In this document: in pieces, positions 48,401-57,610 of the stretch | How positions within the stretch are numbered: position 1 is the stretch's first letter | Layout of the letters: each line of letters opens with the position of its first letter | Source of the DNA: an uncultured virus (IMG/VR IMGVR_UViG_3300035696_001394) | Lineage: Duplodnaviria > Heunggongvirae > Uroviricota > Caudoviricetes | Virus record (IMG/VR): IMGVR_UViG_3300035696_001394 | Direction: 5' to 3' (one strand) | Length of the DNA: 64,000 nucleotides | Program-made: the position numbers and the translations under genes | The notes under the pieces: generated by a model | What the model was told of the DNA's origin: nothing | Seen by the model: only the letters and a program-made list of their open reading frames with translations | The model's database searches: none

Positions 48401-51192
48401 GCGCGCGGGGGCGCCAACCATACGGGCGTGCCGTTCTCGTCGAACGCGACGCTCCCCGCGAAGTCCTCGCCGATCGAGCTGAGGATCCACGCGTCGGGCT
48501 CGATGGCGAGCACGTACCCCGACGGCTCGTCCACCTGGCTGCCAGCGAACTCCTCTCCGATCGCGACCGTGTACCAGGCACGCGGCTCCGGCTGGAACGT
48601 GAGACCCGACAGCTCGACGACCTGCGAACCCGCAAAGTCTTCGCCGAGCGAGACGAGGTAGATCGCTCGCGGCGGCGCGACACGCAGCGGCGGTCCGTTC
48701 TCCTCGAAAGGCACGCTCCCCGCGAAGTCCTCACCGACGAGCGGCAGCGCGACGAGCGGCTCCGGCTCGATCGACACCACGAGCGCCGACTCCTCGGCCG
48801 GGTGAGGCAGGCCGAACTCCTCGTCGAGCTGCCAGGGTGTGATCCACACCGGCTCGGGGCGCGGCCAGATCCCCGACGACTGTTCCTCTTGCGGCAAGCT
48901 CCCGGCGAAGTCTTCGCCGATAGAGATCGCGTACAGCTCAAGCGGCTCTTGCGCGTTGACGAGACCCGACAGCTCGACGACACGCGACAGCGTGAAGTCC
49001 TCTGGCGGCGACGCGAGGTACCAGGCGTCAGGCTCTCGCTGCGGAACGAGACCGGGCTCCTCGTACGGGAACGAGCCGGCGAACTCCTCGGAGATCGAGA
49101 CCGTGTACCAAGCCGCCGGCTCGCGTTGGAGAACGAGACCCGACAGCTCGACGACCTGACTGCCGGCGAAGTCTTCGCCCAACGTGACCGCGAAGAGATC
49201 GGGCTCGGGTGGCAGCCACGGGACAGGCGCACTCTCGTCGTGGGGCAACCATGTCCCGTAGTCCTCGCCCCGACTCGCCGCGAAGAGATCGGGCTCGGGC
49301 GGTTGCCAAACAGGCGGCCCATTCTCGTCGCGAGGCATGCTGCCCGCGAACTCTTCGTCCAAGCTGATAGTGAAGAGATCAGGGTCAGGTCCCAACCACG
49401 GGAAAGGGCCGTTCTCGTCGCGCGGCTGGGAGCCCGCGAAGTCCTCACCGATGCTGACCGTGATCCACTCGGGCTCTCCGGGGAACCACGGCACGGGCGC
49501 GCTCTCGTCATGAGGAAGCCACGTGCAGGAGTCCTCACCCAAGCTCGCCGCAAACAGATCCGGGTCGGGGCCGAGCCAGACAGGGGGGCCGTTCTCATCA
49601 CGCGGCGAGCTGCCCGCGAAGTCTTCACCCGAGCTGCCGAAGTAAAGGTCCGGCTCCGGCGGCAAGAGCACGAACCGCGGTTCCTCAACGGGATGCGGGA
49701 GACCGAACTCCTCGTCACGCGGCCACGGCGTGATCCAATCCGGCTCGGGTTCGAGGGTGACGCGCGGTCCCGTCTCATCGAACGGCCGCGAGCCGCCGAA
49801 GTCCTCACCGGAGCTGACGTTGAAGAGGTCGGAATCGGGGCCGAGCCAGATCGGCGCGCCGTTCTCATCGCGCGGCAACGCACCGGCGAAGTCCTCTGCC
49901 GGACTGACGAAGAACAGATCGGGATCGGGCGGCAGCCACGGGACGGGCGCGGATTCATCTCGTGGGAGCGAGCCTGCGAAGTCCTCACCCGAGCTGATGG
50001 CGAAGAGATCAGGATCGGGCGCGAGCCACGGCACGCGAATGGACTCGTCGTGCGGCAGCCACGTACACGAGTCCTCGCCCAAGCTCGCCGCGAAGAGGTC
50101 AGGATCGGGCCCAAGCCACGGCACCGGTGCCGATTCATCCCGCGCCAACGAACCCGCGAAGTCCTCGGGCGTCGACACCAAGAGCCAGTCGGGCTCGGGC
50201 GGTTGCCACGGTACGAGCGCGCTCTCGTCGTGCGGGAGCCACGTGCAGTAGTCCTCGCCCGAGCTGGCAGCGTAGAGGTCCGGGTCCGGGGCGAGCCACG
50301 GGATAGGGCCCGCTTCGTCGCGAGGCAGCGAGCCGGCGAAGTCTTCCCCGCGCGAGACGCTGAAGAGGTCTTCAGGCTCCTGCGTGCGCGCGAGACCGGG
50401 CGTATCGTCCGGCGTGCGCGACACCACGAAGTCCTCACCCGCGGTGCCGACCGCGAGCGCCAGCTCTTCGGGCAAGAGGATGACGACGGGCGAGACCTCG
50501 AAGGGGAAGCTCCCCGCGAAGTCCTCGGGCACGGTGACCGTGAGCCACACCGGCTCTTCGGGGAGCGGCAGCGGCGGCCCAGCGTCTTCGGTCAGGTGCG
50601 GGCGCGCGAACTCCTCGTCGCGGCTCGCGATCGGCGTCGGCTCTTCGACCTCGACATTGCGCGCGAGCCCCGCCGGCTCGTCGGACTGGACGTGCGCGAT
50701 CTCTTCGCTCGCGACGATGACCGCGACGGGCTCCTCGGGAAGCGGCGAGGGCGGCTGCCCAGCAATGTCGAACGGGAAGCTCGCGGGGAAGTCTTCACCG
50801 GCCGAGCCGAGCCCCGGGGGGAAGTCTTCCGGGAGCGGCGCAAGACGCGGGCCGTCTTCGATGAACGCGCGCGACTGCGCCGCGTCCTCACCGAAGGTCG
50901 AGACGAACGGTGTCGGCTCCTCGGCGAGCAGCGGCGGTGGAAGCCCCGGCTCGTCGGGTACGAACCGAACCGGGACCTCTTCGCCAGTCGACCCGAGGAA
51001 CGGGGTCGGCTCTTCGGGAAGCGGGGGCGCGACGGAGCCGCTCTCGTCGACGATGTGGATCGGCGCGACGAGTTGGGCCGGCCTAACGTCCTCGACGTCC
51101 GGCGTCGCGCCCTTGATGATGAGGACGATGCCGAATGCAGTCGTGTACCTACGCGTCGGGCTGTTCGCGTAGATGTAACGACGGTGCGCCAC
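45436..51192 (-). CDS. 1918-aa acidic Pro/Trp-rich tandem-repeat protein
   Basis: Roughly 55 imperfect ~30-aa repeats, E(E/D)FAGS-x3-(D/E)E-x4-PWLAPPRAVW. Confidence 0.85.
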   Translation of the reverse strand: MAHRRYIYANSPTRRYTTAFGIVLIIKGATPDVEDVRPAQLVAPIHIVDESGSVAPPLPEEPTPFLGSTGEEVPVRFVPDEPGLPPPLLAEEPTPFVSTFGEDAAQSRAFIEDGPRLAPLPEDFPPGLGSAGEDFPASFPFDIAGQPPSPLPEEPVAVIVASEEIAHVQSDEPAGLARNVEVEEPTPIASRDEEFARPHLTEDAGPPLPLPEEPVWLTVTVPEDFAGSFPFEVSPVVILLPEELALAVGTAGEDFVVSRTPDDTPGLARTQEPEDLFSVSRGEDFAGSLPRDEAGPIPWLAPDPDLYAASSGEDYCTWLPHDESALVPWQPPEPDWLLVSTPEDFAGSLARDESAPVPWLGPDPDLFAASLGEDSCTWLPHDESIRVPWLAPDPDLFAISSGEDFAGSLPRDESAPVPWLPPDPDLFFVSPAEDFAGALPRDENGAPIWLGPDSDLFNVSSGEDFGGSRPFDETGPRVTLEPEPDWITPWPRDEEFGLPHPVEEPRFVLLPPEPDLYFGSSGEDFAGSSPRDENGPPVWLGPDPDLFAASLGEDSCTWLPHDESAPVPWFPGEPEWITVSIGEDFAGSQPRDENGPFPWLGPDPDLFTISLDEEFAGSMPRDENGPPVWQPPEPDLFAASRGEDYGTWLPHDESAPVPWLPPEPDLFAVTLGEDFAGSQVVELSGLVLQREPAAWYTVSISEEFAGSFPYEEPGLVPQREPDAWYLASPPEDFTLSRVVELSGLVNAQEPLELYAISIGEDFAGSLPQEEQSSGIWPRPEPVWITPWQLDEEFGLPHPAEESALVVSIEPEPLVALPLVGEDFAGSVPFEENGPPLRVAPPRAIYLVSLGEDFAGSQVVELSGLTFQPEPRAWYTVAIGEEFAGSQVDEPSGYVLAIEPDAWILSSIGEDFAGSVAFDENGTPVWLAPPRAVFNQSPGEDFAGSQVDEPSGLAFQLEPRAWITVPVSEEFAGSIPVDENGTPVWLAPPRAVYNVSSGEDFAGSVVDEPAGLAFRFEPRAWITVSTGEDFAGSVAFDENGTPVWLPPPRAVFNASPAEEFSGSLAFEEAVNVLWLAPPRAVYIVSQSEEFSGSLAFEEPTNPPWLAPPRAVFNVSLGEDFAGSFAIEEIGIVPWLGPEPEWVTVPVSEEFAGSLAFEEPTVAPWLAPPRAVWNGSTGEEFAGSLPQDEVAAIVWLAPPRAVWLATALDEEFAGSQVEEENPLPPWLPPPRAVYIASPAEDFAGSTIEEETPSLPLRREPRATWLGPWPEDFAGSLLQEEPTVIVWLAPPQAVWIGSVDEEFAGALPQEETTQAPWLAPPRAVWLGSVDEEFAGSLAQDEYAVVIWLPPPPAWITVQVSEEFAGTQVEEESAVTPWLPPPRAVWLASGSEEFAGSLAFEEATVAPWLPPPRAVFTTSVDEEFAGSLPLDETTLAPWLAPPPAWITGSVDEEFTGTLPQEESALAPWLAPPRAVWLTSTGEDFTGSLPQDEFATPVRVVVPRAVWTTPVDEEFAGSLAQEEETTSVSWLAPPRAVYGSSVSEEFAGSFPVEEYALPPWVAEPRAWITVSVSEDFAGTIVVEETSLAPWIAPEPERQLPSQDEEFAGALPLEEPPVVVALIPVRVRPIVPVDEEFAGAAPIDEIGPALWLPPPPAWITVPVSEEFAGSLPIEEVALPARVPLVPVRVVPVASEEIASAPIEETGLPPVVPAPVPWIGVTFSEDFAGTRIVDETAPFIPQREPRATLTIVHPYEDVVVSLVVDEYTVPIWLPLPRVRPITSVPEEFVPPVRPINPLLFQGGADDREETGWMGTPAVMRRQRFGVRDDDIPLAWDQRDAPTTDDSDRERSVTWELDLPPYGPRVTFRDFQEQVLSAVRGEAQEEVEQVAQDGGIEIEQGRTMKVVRTTIVVRGVAYEVKLILWA
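45850..51000 (-). repeat. ~90-bp coding tandem repeat array
   Basis: Recurrent plus-strand gcgaactcctc/gcgaagtcctc about every 90 nt. Confidence 0.85.
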
Positions 51193-51227
51193 GACGCTTC
51201 GAGTCTACCGCTCTGGAGAGCGGGCGC

Positions 51228-52154
51228 TCAGGTCATCTGCGCGTAGGAGCTGTACTGCTCGATCGCCGCGCCGCGGAAGGCGCAGTTGGTGGCGTTCGGG
51301 GACGCCGGCTTGAAGCTCGACGCGATGGACGTCTGCGCCGTCTCCATTGCCGCCTTTGCGCCGCTCACGCCCGTCCAGTACGACGTGCCCGCCGACTGCC
51401 CGCTGTCGGTGAGCGCGGTGCAAAAGAGCCCCACGTTGTGCCCGACGCCGGTCTCCGACGCGTCGTTGTACCAGGGCTGGAGATCACCTTCCTGCCCGGT
51501 CGCCGTGTTGAGGTAGCAAGCCACCGCCACGAAGTCGCACTGATGGCTGATGACAAGCCCTTCGAGGCCGGTGTCGCCGTCGTACGTGATCGTGAGCGCC
51601 TCGGAACCGCTCGCCGCGAGCCAGCTCGTGAGGAAGCACCCGACCGGGATGTTCAGCGCACGCCGGCACGCGTTGACGAGATCGCAGAGGCCGACGGGCT
51701 CCACCGAGGTGTAGTTGCCCGCGCCGACGGTCCAGTATTCGACGTCGAAGATGAGACCGTCGAACTTGCACTCGCTGTACGACGAGTTGCCCGCGAGGCT
51801 CTGGAACTCTTCCAGCCGACGGATGATGTTCTGCATCACCCACTGTTGGTTGTGCCCCCAATCGGTGTTGCCGCAGAGCGCGAAGACCTTGATCCCGCTC
51901 GCGTGAGCGAAGTGGAGAAGCTTCTGGACCTGCGCCGCGTTCGCGCTCGTCCAGTTGCCCCCGCCGAGGTAGAGCCAGATGTCGAGGAAGGCGATGCTCA
52001 CGCCGTTGCTCGAACACCAGTTGAGAAACGACTGCATGTGCGAGTCGCTCGACAGCGGATCGTAGGTTGCGCCCACGGTCGGGATCCACGTGAACATGGC
52101 GCGATCGAGATCCCCGTTGGGCGGGGTCGGCGGCGTGACGGCGGTGACGGACAT
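51228..52154 (-). CDS. Putative glycoside hydrolase (TIM-barrel, DxxxDxE)
   Basis: AHASGIKVFALCG, FDGLIFDVEYW, DFVAVACY. Confidence 0.6.
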   Translation of the reverse strand: MSVTAVTPPTPPNGDLDRAMFTWIPTVGATYDPLSSDSHMQSFLNWCSSNGVSIAFLDIWLYLGGGNWTSANAAQVQKLLHFAHASGIKVFALCGNTDWGHNQQWVMQNIIRRLEEFQSLAGNSSYSECKFDGLIFDVEYWTVGAGNYTSVEPVGLCDLVNACRRALNIPVGCFLTSWLAASGSEALTITYDGDTGLEGLVISHQCDFVAVACYLNTATGQEGDLQPWYNDASETGVGHNVGLFCTALTDSGQSAGTSYWTGVSGAKAAMETAQTSIASSFKPASPNATNCAFRGAAIEQYSSYAQMT

Positions 52155-52171
52155 TGGTTCTTTCCCTTCCC

Positions 52172-52525
52172 CTAGAGCAGCGACGCGAAGTAGGCGAAGT
52201 GCCCGTTCTCGTCGCGCTGCTCGCTGATGGCCTTGTTGATGACGAGTGGATCGCTGAGAAGCTTGAGGGTAGCGCGGTGCTCTTCTGGGCACGCCTTGTT
52301 GTGCGCCGCCATCCACGCCTTCATACCCTCGGGCGTGCCGTGCGTGAAGAGATGGACGCGCTTGCCGCCGTCGAGCACGGCGTAGGCGATGGCGACCTGC
52401 GCGCTCGCGTGAACGTGCGTCTCCTTCTCCTCTCGCGCCTCTTCCGTCTCCGTCTTCTCCCTCTTCTCCTCGAAGTGGTAGAGATGCAGGAGACCGTCGC
52501 TCTCTTTCTTGTAGTAGTCGCGCAT
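52172..52525 (-). CDS. Hypothetical protein
   Basis: MRDYYKKESDG...; fills gap. Confidence 0.55.
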   Translation of the reverse strand: MRDYYKKESDGLLHLYHFEEKREKTETEEAREEKETHVHASAQVAIAYAVLDGGKRVHLFTHGTPEGMKAWMAAHNKACPEEHRATLKLLSDPLVINKAISEQRDENGHFAYFASLL

Positions 52526-52529
52526 GGCA

Positions 52530-53291
52530 TCACCCTTGTACGTACTCGAACCCTGCGACCGCCGTTGACGCGGTCGCCGCTGTCGGTCGCTCGACGAGCC
52601 AGACGAGATCCGGCCCCGGGAGCGCGAGCGGCACCTCAAAGTCGTGATCGAACGAGCTGCCCGCGAGATGCACGAGCGTCATGCCGATCTGAAGCTGCGG
52701 GCTGTTGGTCGACGTCGGGTTGCCCGAGTGGTTGAGGTTCGTCTGTCCCGCCACGATAGTGCCCCCGCACGTCATGCTGAGCAGATAGCAGGAGACCCCC
52801 GCCGGCACGTAGTGGTGCGCGTAGAACGTCATGCCGTCGCTCGCCGCGATCGACGCCCACGCCGTGCCGCCGCCCGCCGTCGCCGTGAAGAGGCTGATCG
52901 CGCCGGTGTTGCCGCCGCCCTGCGTGCCGACCTGACTGACGATCATGTTCTCGATGAACGCGTAGTTCGTCCCGACGGTGTTGACCGCCGTCGTGCCGTT
53001 CATCGTCACGATCTCGGAGTGCAGCGCGACGCTCGCGTCGAGGTAGTTGATCGTGATCTGCTGAGCGCCCGTCCCCGCCGATGAGTCGGCGGCGTTCGAC
53101 GACGAGACGCTACGCTGCGCGTTCGCGCCCTGCGGCGTGTACGTCGTCGCGCGGATCGCCTTGCCTGTCGTCGCGCTCGTGGCGGTGTAGCCCTGAGCAC
53201 GCCCGCTGATCGTCGTGCCGTCGCTGATCGTCCCGAACGCGAGCGCCCACGCGATGTCCTCGACGACCGGGTTGTTCTGAAGGACGCCCAT
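52530..53291 (-). CDS. Thr/Gly-rich beta structural protein, paralog of 53301..54482
   Basis: SSSNAADSSAGTGAQQITINYLD..MNGTTAVNT. Confidence 0.7.
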   Translation of the reverse strand: MGVLQNNPVVEDIAWALAFGTISDGTTISGRAQGYTATSATTGKAIRATTYTPQGANAQRSVSSSNAADSSAGTGAQQITINYLDASVALHSEIVTMNGTTAVNTVGTNYAFIENMIVSQVGTQGGGNTGAISLFTATAGGGTAWASIAASDGMTFYAHHYVPAGVSCYLLSMTCGGTIVAGQTNLNHSGNPTSTNSPQLQIGMTLVHLAGSSFDHDFEVPLALPGPDLVWLVERPTAATASTAVAGFEYVQG

Positions 53292-53300
53292 CGCTCGACC

Positions 53301-54482
53301 TCACTGATCCCAGAACTCGAACGAACCGAGGTTCTTGAGACTCGTCGTTCCGCCGGGGAGCGCGAAGAGCAAGATACGCGCGGGCCCCGGGACCAACAAC
53401 GACGAGTACGCCCGCTGCACTTGGAAGTCCTGATCACCGGTGAACCAGTCGGAGAGCTGCAAGTCGACGTTGGTCCCTACCGGAATCGTCTGCTCGAAGA
53501 TGGAGAAGATCGACGCGTTGCCAGCGACGGAGTTGTTGTTGAGCCCACTCGCGCTGATGACGTGACAGGTCTTGCCGCTCACGACGTAGTGCTGCGCCCA
53601 GAACGTCTGGTTGTCGCCGACCGCGATCGATCCGACGTTGGTGCCCGCGCCGCCTGCCCCCGTGAAAAGCGTGATGATGCCGACGTTGCTCCCGCCCGAG
53701 CCCACGGACGTGACGACGATCTTCTCGATGAAACACTTGGTCGTCGTGACGAGGTTGACCGCGGTCGTGCCGTTGAGCGTCGCGTTCTCGGTACCGAGTG
53801 TCGCACCCGTCTGATCGATAAACGTGATGGTCAACGTGCGCGCGCCTGTACCGGCCGCAGCGTCCGCCACGTTGCCGCTGACGACCGAGCCCGTGAAGTT
53901 CGTCGTCTGCTCGGTGTACGTGGTCGCGCGCACCGGCACGTTCGTCGTCGCCGTCGTCGTGATGTAGCCCTTCGCGAGACCCGACGTGGCGCTCGACGGG
54001 ATCGGGCTGACGGTGACCGAGATGTCGCCGTTCGCGTCGACGCGCACGGGCACGACGACGCCCCCCGCGGTGAGCCCCAGAATCACGCCCGGCAGCTTCG
54101 AGAGCAGCGTCGCGTAGACGCCCGTGAAGCTCGGCGTCGTGCCGGTGATCGTCCACGTGACTTGGACGACGCCGGTCACGCTCGTACGGATCGTGATCAC
54201 CTGCGTGCCGGCCGCGGTCATCGCGGTGCCAGTGACCGCCGCGCCGATAGCCGTCACCTGATCGCCGGGGTCGACTTCTTGGATCGACCACGTGATGCTC
54301 GGCGTCGTCCCCGTCGGCGCGTTCTTGATATTGACGATGAGATCGATCTCGCAGGTGCCGTACTGCCCCGTCGAGATGACCTGCGAACCGGTCGCGGTGA
54401 GCGTCGCGTTGGCCTGAACCAACTGCTTGTTGTTGTGGATCCCCGCGTCGACGCCGGAGATCGGGTTCCAGGGGTTCGCCAT
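53301..54482 (-). CDS. Thr/Gly-rich beta structural protein
   Basis: SGNVADAAAGTGARTLTITFID..LNGTTAVNL. Confidence 0.7.
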   Translation of the reverse strand: MANPWNPISGVDAGIHNNKQLVQANATLTATGSQVISTGQYGTCEIDLIVNIKNAPTGTTPSITWSIQEVDPGDQVTAIGAAVTGTAMTAAGTQVITIRTSVTGVVQVTWTITGTTPSFTGVYATLLSKLPGVILGLTAGGVVVPVRVDANGDISVTVSPIPSSATSGLAKGYITTTATTNVPVRATTYTEQTTNFTGSVVSGNVADAAAGTGARTLTITFIDQTGATLGTENATLNGTTAVNLVTTTKCFIEKIVVTSVGSGGSNVGIITLFTGAGGAGTNVGSIAVGDNQTFWAQHYVVSGKTCHVISASGLNNNSVAGNASIFSIFEQTIPVGTNVDLQLSDWFTGDQDFQVQRAYSSLLVPGPARILLFALPGGTTSLKNLGSFEFWDQ

Positions 54483-54495
54483 CGCGCCCTCTACC

Positions 54496-54858
54496 CTACC
54501 GCGTGATCACGTGGACGATGCACTCCCGCCGCACGACGCGGGGCCCGGTCCCCGCAGTCGCCTCGTGATTGACCGTGCAGTCCTGAGTCTCCTTCTGGCA
54601 CACGCGCCCGCACCCGCGCTGCACGCTGCACTCCAACTCGGCGGCGAGCTGCCGCTCACGCGTCTCGCGCTCGGCCGGCTCGTCGATCTGACCCGTCGCC
54701 ATCACGACGCACTCGGCCGCGCCCTCGTCGCTCGCGATCTGCACCTCGATGAGCGCGCGCACCAAGTCGGGCATCGCGGGGAGCACCTTCTCGTGCTTTT
54801 CGATCGCTTCGCGCAGTCCCGCGGGCGGCCCCTCGTATCGGAAGCACCAATCGCTCAC
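54496..54858 (-). CDS. Hypothetical Cys-containing protein
   Basis: GTG start; CSVQRGCGRVC..CTVNHE. Confidence 0.55.
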   Translation of the reverse strand: MSDWCFRYEGPPAGLREAIEKHEKVLPAMPDLVRALIEVQIASDEGAAECVVMATGQIDEPAERETRERQLAAELECSVQRGCGRVCQKETQDCTVNHEATAGTGPRVVRRECIVHVITR

Positions 54859-54862
54859 GGGA

Positions 54863-55321
54863 CTACTCCTCGTAGATGACGGTCACCGCGAGGGCCTGAC
54901 CCGTGTTGGCGCCACCGAAGTTCCACGCGACGAGGTAGGTGCTCTTCGCGATCGTGATCTTGCCCTGACCGTCGAGCGGATAGGTCTCGATGAGGATCTG
55001 GCCGCTCGCCGGCCCGAACGCGACGACTTCGAGCCAGTTGGGCGCCACTGCGATCGTGGGCGCGGTCGACCACGCCGTGTCGAGTGCGCACGTCGCCGCC
55101 GCGTCGTTGGTGTCGTGCGGCTGCGGCGTCGTGCTCGTGGTCGCGACGGGCGTGTTGCTCGGGTAGACGAGCCCCACCGGCGAGTAGATGAACGTGGTCG
55201 TGCTCGTACGCTTCTCGCGCAAGAACGCGCGCCGGCTCGCAGCGGTGTGGAACGTGTAGTACGCCGCGCCGCCCCCCGAAGGGTTCGCAGTGGCCGTGAC
55301 GGCGGTCGTGTAGACGGGCAT
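54863..55321 (-). CDS. Thr/Ala-rich beta protein (putative structural)
   Basis: 152 aa; ends VTVIYEE, similar to 56185..56682. Confidence 0.65.
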   Translation of the reverse strand: MPVYTTAVTATANPSGGGAAYYTFHTAASRRAFLREKRTSTTTFIYSPVGLVYPSNTPVATTSTTPQPHDTNDAAATCALDTAWSTAPTIAVAPNWLEVVAFGPASGQILIETYPLDGQGKITIAKSTYLVAWNFGGANTGQALAVTVIYEE

Positions 55322-55328
55322 GGGCGGA

Positions 55329-55733
55329 CTACTTCCCCACGCGAAGGATAGCGGCTTCCGCGTCGAGCTGTTGCCGGATACGCGTGCGGCCTTCCTTCTC
55401 CGAGAGCGAGTCGACGGCGTACAGCTCCTTGTGCGCGTGCTTGTTCACGGAGAGCAGGTGCTCGATCTTCTCGCGGAGCACGCGCCGGAGCGTGTCGTCC
55501 TTGAGCGGCTTGCCTGTCGCCATGTTCTCGATGACGATCGCCTGCGCCGGATCGAACTGCGTCGCCGGGTGAACGTTCGGGTCCCACCGAAGGATGACCG
55601 CGGGCGCGAAGATGCCGGCGCCGACAGGCACGAGGTCGATGGTGTACTGGACGCCGTCACACTCGTGGCCGATCTCTTCGAGGACCCGCCGCACGAGGTC
55701 CAGCGTGTGGAGCCGCTCGACCTCGGTCGCCAC
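55329..55733 (-). CDS. Hypothetical protein
   Basis: GTG start just after upstream stop. Confidence 0.55.
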   Translation of the reverse strand: MATEVERLHTLDLVRRVLEEIGHECDGVQYTIDLVPVGAGIFAPAVILRWDPNVHPATQFDPAQAIVIENMATGKPLKDDTLRRVLREKIEHLLSVNKHAHKELYAVDSLSEKEGRTRIRQQLDAEAAILRVGK

Positions 55734-55735
55734 GG

Positions 55736-56152
55736 CTACTTCACGGCGGTGAGCGGCTTGCGCGCGTGCGCCTGGAGCATCTGCGCGCGCTGCTTCTCGG
55801 CCTGCCCGATGAGCGTCACGATCTGCTCGCGCTCGGCGTCGCAGAGACACGAGCACCGGATGATCTGGTAGGTGCCGTAGAACTCCTGACGCACCTGCCC
55901 GGCGATCGTGAGGATCGGGTTGACCTCGCGATGCACCTTGATCCTGTCGTCCTTGAGCGTCTCGACGGCCACGAGGTATCCGTACGCTGGCTCGACGGCC
56001 GCCCCGATGACGCGCGTCCCCGCCGAACCGGGGACCTCGCGCGCCTCGTCGGTGAGCTTGCCGATGTACCAGCGGTTGCCGTCTTGGCTGATGAGGACCC
56101 AATCCTGAGCCAGCTCGTCGGGCGTGATAGCCCGATGCTCCTTGATCTCCAT
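55736..56152 (-). CDS. Hypothetical protein
   Basis: AAGGAG RBS; MEIKEHRAIT. Confidence 0.65.
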   Translation of the reverse strand: MEIKEHRAITPDELAQDWVLISQDGNRWYIGKLTDEAREVPGSAGTRVIGAAVEPAYGYLVAVETLKDDRIKVHREVNPILTIAGQVRQEFYGTYQIIRCSCLCDAEREQIVTLIGQAEKQRAQMLQAHARKPLTAVK

Positions 56153-56184
56153 CTTCGTCTCCTTGCCGCTTGCGCGGCGCTCGG

Positions 56185-56682
56185 TCACTCGAACGTGTCG
56201 AGGCTGATCTCGTATGCGAGCGACGCGGCGGCGGCGACGTTGAAGATGTCCATGCTGCCCGTCGAGCCCGCGGTGCCGGCGCCGTAGCCGTAGAGGCGGT
56301 ACGCCTCGTCGTAGGTGCGCGCCTGCCAGTTGCCGGGCGAGGTCGTGCCGGAGCCGATGGAGAGCAGGATCACGGGCCCACCCGTGCCGCTCGTCACCGT
56401 GCCCGCCGAGAAGCCGGCGGTCGCCTGGGCGGCCTGGTAGCCGGGCTCCTTGGGGGTCGGCGTGATCGCCGTGCCGCCGGAGCTGGCCGTGGTCGTCCAC
56501 TTCTCCAGGCGGTAGGTGATGCCGCTGATGTTCGTGAGGTTCGCGCCCTTACCGCTCGGGTAGATGGCGTCGATGCCCACCGCCCTGCCGGCGCCGGGGG
56601 CGACGAAGAGCGAGTCGTTGGCCGTGTTCGGGGCCGCGTTGGTGGTCTGCGTTGCGCCGGGGGCGACGTTGTAGAAGAGCAT
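56185..56682 (-). CDS. Thr/Gly-rich beta protein (putative abundant structural protein)
   Basis: Strong codon bias; ends YEISLDTFE. Confidence 0.7.
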   Translation of the reverse strand: MLFYNVAPGATQTTNAAPNTANDSLFVAPGAGRAVGIDAIYPSGKGANLTNISGITYRLEKWTTTASSGGTAITPTPKEPGYQAAQATAGFSAGTVTSGTGGPVILLSIGSGTTSPGNWQARTYDEAYRLYGYGAGTAGSTGSMDIFNVAAAASLAYEISLDTFE

Positions 56683-56722
56683 GATCCTTTGGGTTCTCCT
56701 TGGTGGGCCGAGACGACGCCCC

Positions 56723-56953
56723 CTACTTGCGGGCGCGGTAGACGTCGGTCGCCGCGAAGCGCGCGCCGTCCTCTGAGCACGACCAGTTCGAGTGCGTCGT
56801 GCAGAGATTGATGTTCTTGATGCTCGGACGGTTGAGCGGGCCCTTGGGCCCGACCGCAGTATCCTTCTCGGTGCCGTCGGTCATGAAGTCGGCGAGGTGC
56901 GAGCAGCCGGGGACGTCGCAGCGCGGCGGATCGGCTTTGGGAGCTTGGGCCAT
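56723..56953 (-). CDS. Small Zn-binding-like protein
   Basis: CDVPGC ... LCTTH. Confidence 0.65.
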   Translation of the reverse strand: MAQAPKADPPRCDVPGCSHLADFMTDGTEKDTAVGPKGPLNRPSIKNINLCTTHSNWSCSEDGARFAATDVYRARK

Positions 56954-56955
56954 GG

Positions 56956-57333
56956 CTATCTGTTCTCCTTGGACACGCGAACTTGCCAGTCCCGGAACAG
57001 GGCGGCAAGAGCGGGCGAGACATCGTTGTGCCGGACCATCTCGTCCAACTCCTCGACGGTGACCGGACGTCCCAGCTTGGTGATCTCCTCACCGAGCTTG
57101 ATCCGATACTCCCCGTCGGGGTCCATGAGTAGCGCGTTGGCCGTGTTGCCGTACTTCTCCGCGCAGCCACCGGTATCGCAGAGCGCGGTGACGTGCGTGA
57201 TTAGGCGCGCCGGCACCATGCCCTGCGGCTTGCCGCAGCTCGCGCAGAAGATGGGTACGTAGTCGCCCTTGTCCGTCCGAATGATGCCGGTCCGCGCGCG
57301 CGTTCGGCTGTCGGGCAGGATGTCAAGAGCCAC
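56956..57333 (-). CDS. Small Zn-binding-like protein
   Basis: CASC ... CDTGGC. Confidence 0.65.
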   Translation of the reverse strand: MALDILPDSRTRARTGIIRTDKGDYVPIFCASCGKPQGMVPARLITHVTALCDTGGCAEKYGNTANALLMDPDGEYRIKLGEEITKLGRPVTVEELDEMVRHNDVSPALAALFRDWQVRVSKENR

Positions 57334-57390
57334 GCAACGAGAGTGCCACCTCTACCCCCCGAGGTCAACCGGAGCGCGGGGCGCGGCGGG

Positions 57391-57579
57391 CTACTTCTTC
57401 TTGGCCGCTTTGACGAGGTAGCTCTGGAGCTGCTGTCCGATGACGGCCAGATCCTTGTGCGTGAGCGACATGGTGCTGCCGGCCTTCTGCAAGGTGACGG
57501 TCGCATCGGTCATGACGTTCACGGTCCCGCCCGAGGGCAGCGGCGTGGTCGAAGCGGTGAGGGCCTTGGTGGCTGCCAT
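57391..57579 (-). CDS. Small hypothetical protein
   Basis: 62 aa; TAGACT -10-like hexamer 7 nt before ATG (possible leaderless transcript). Confidence 0.55.
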   Translation of the reverse strand: MAATKALTASTTPLPSGGTVNVMTDATVTLQKAGSTMSLTHKDLAVIGQQLQSYLVKAAKKK

Positions 57580-57610
57580 GCGTCCAAGTCTACAGGATCA
57601 GGGCGCCGGC

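Noticed and set aside
45850..51000. Regularly spaced ~90-bp repeats as a CRISPR array
   Set aside because: The repeats are degenerate at third codon positions and in frame within one ORF, the 'spacers' are mutually homologous, and there are no cas genes.
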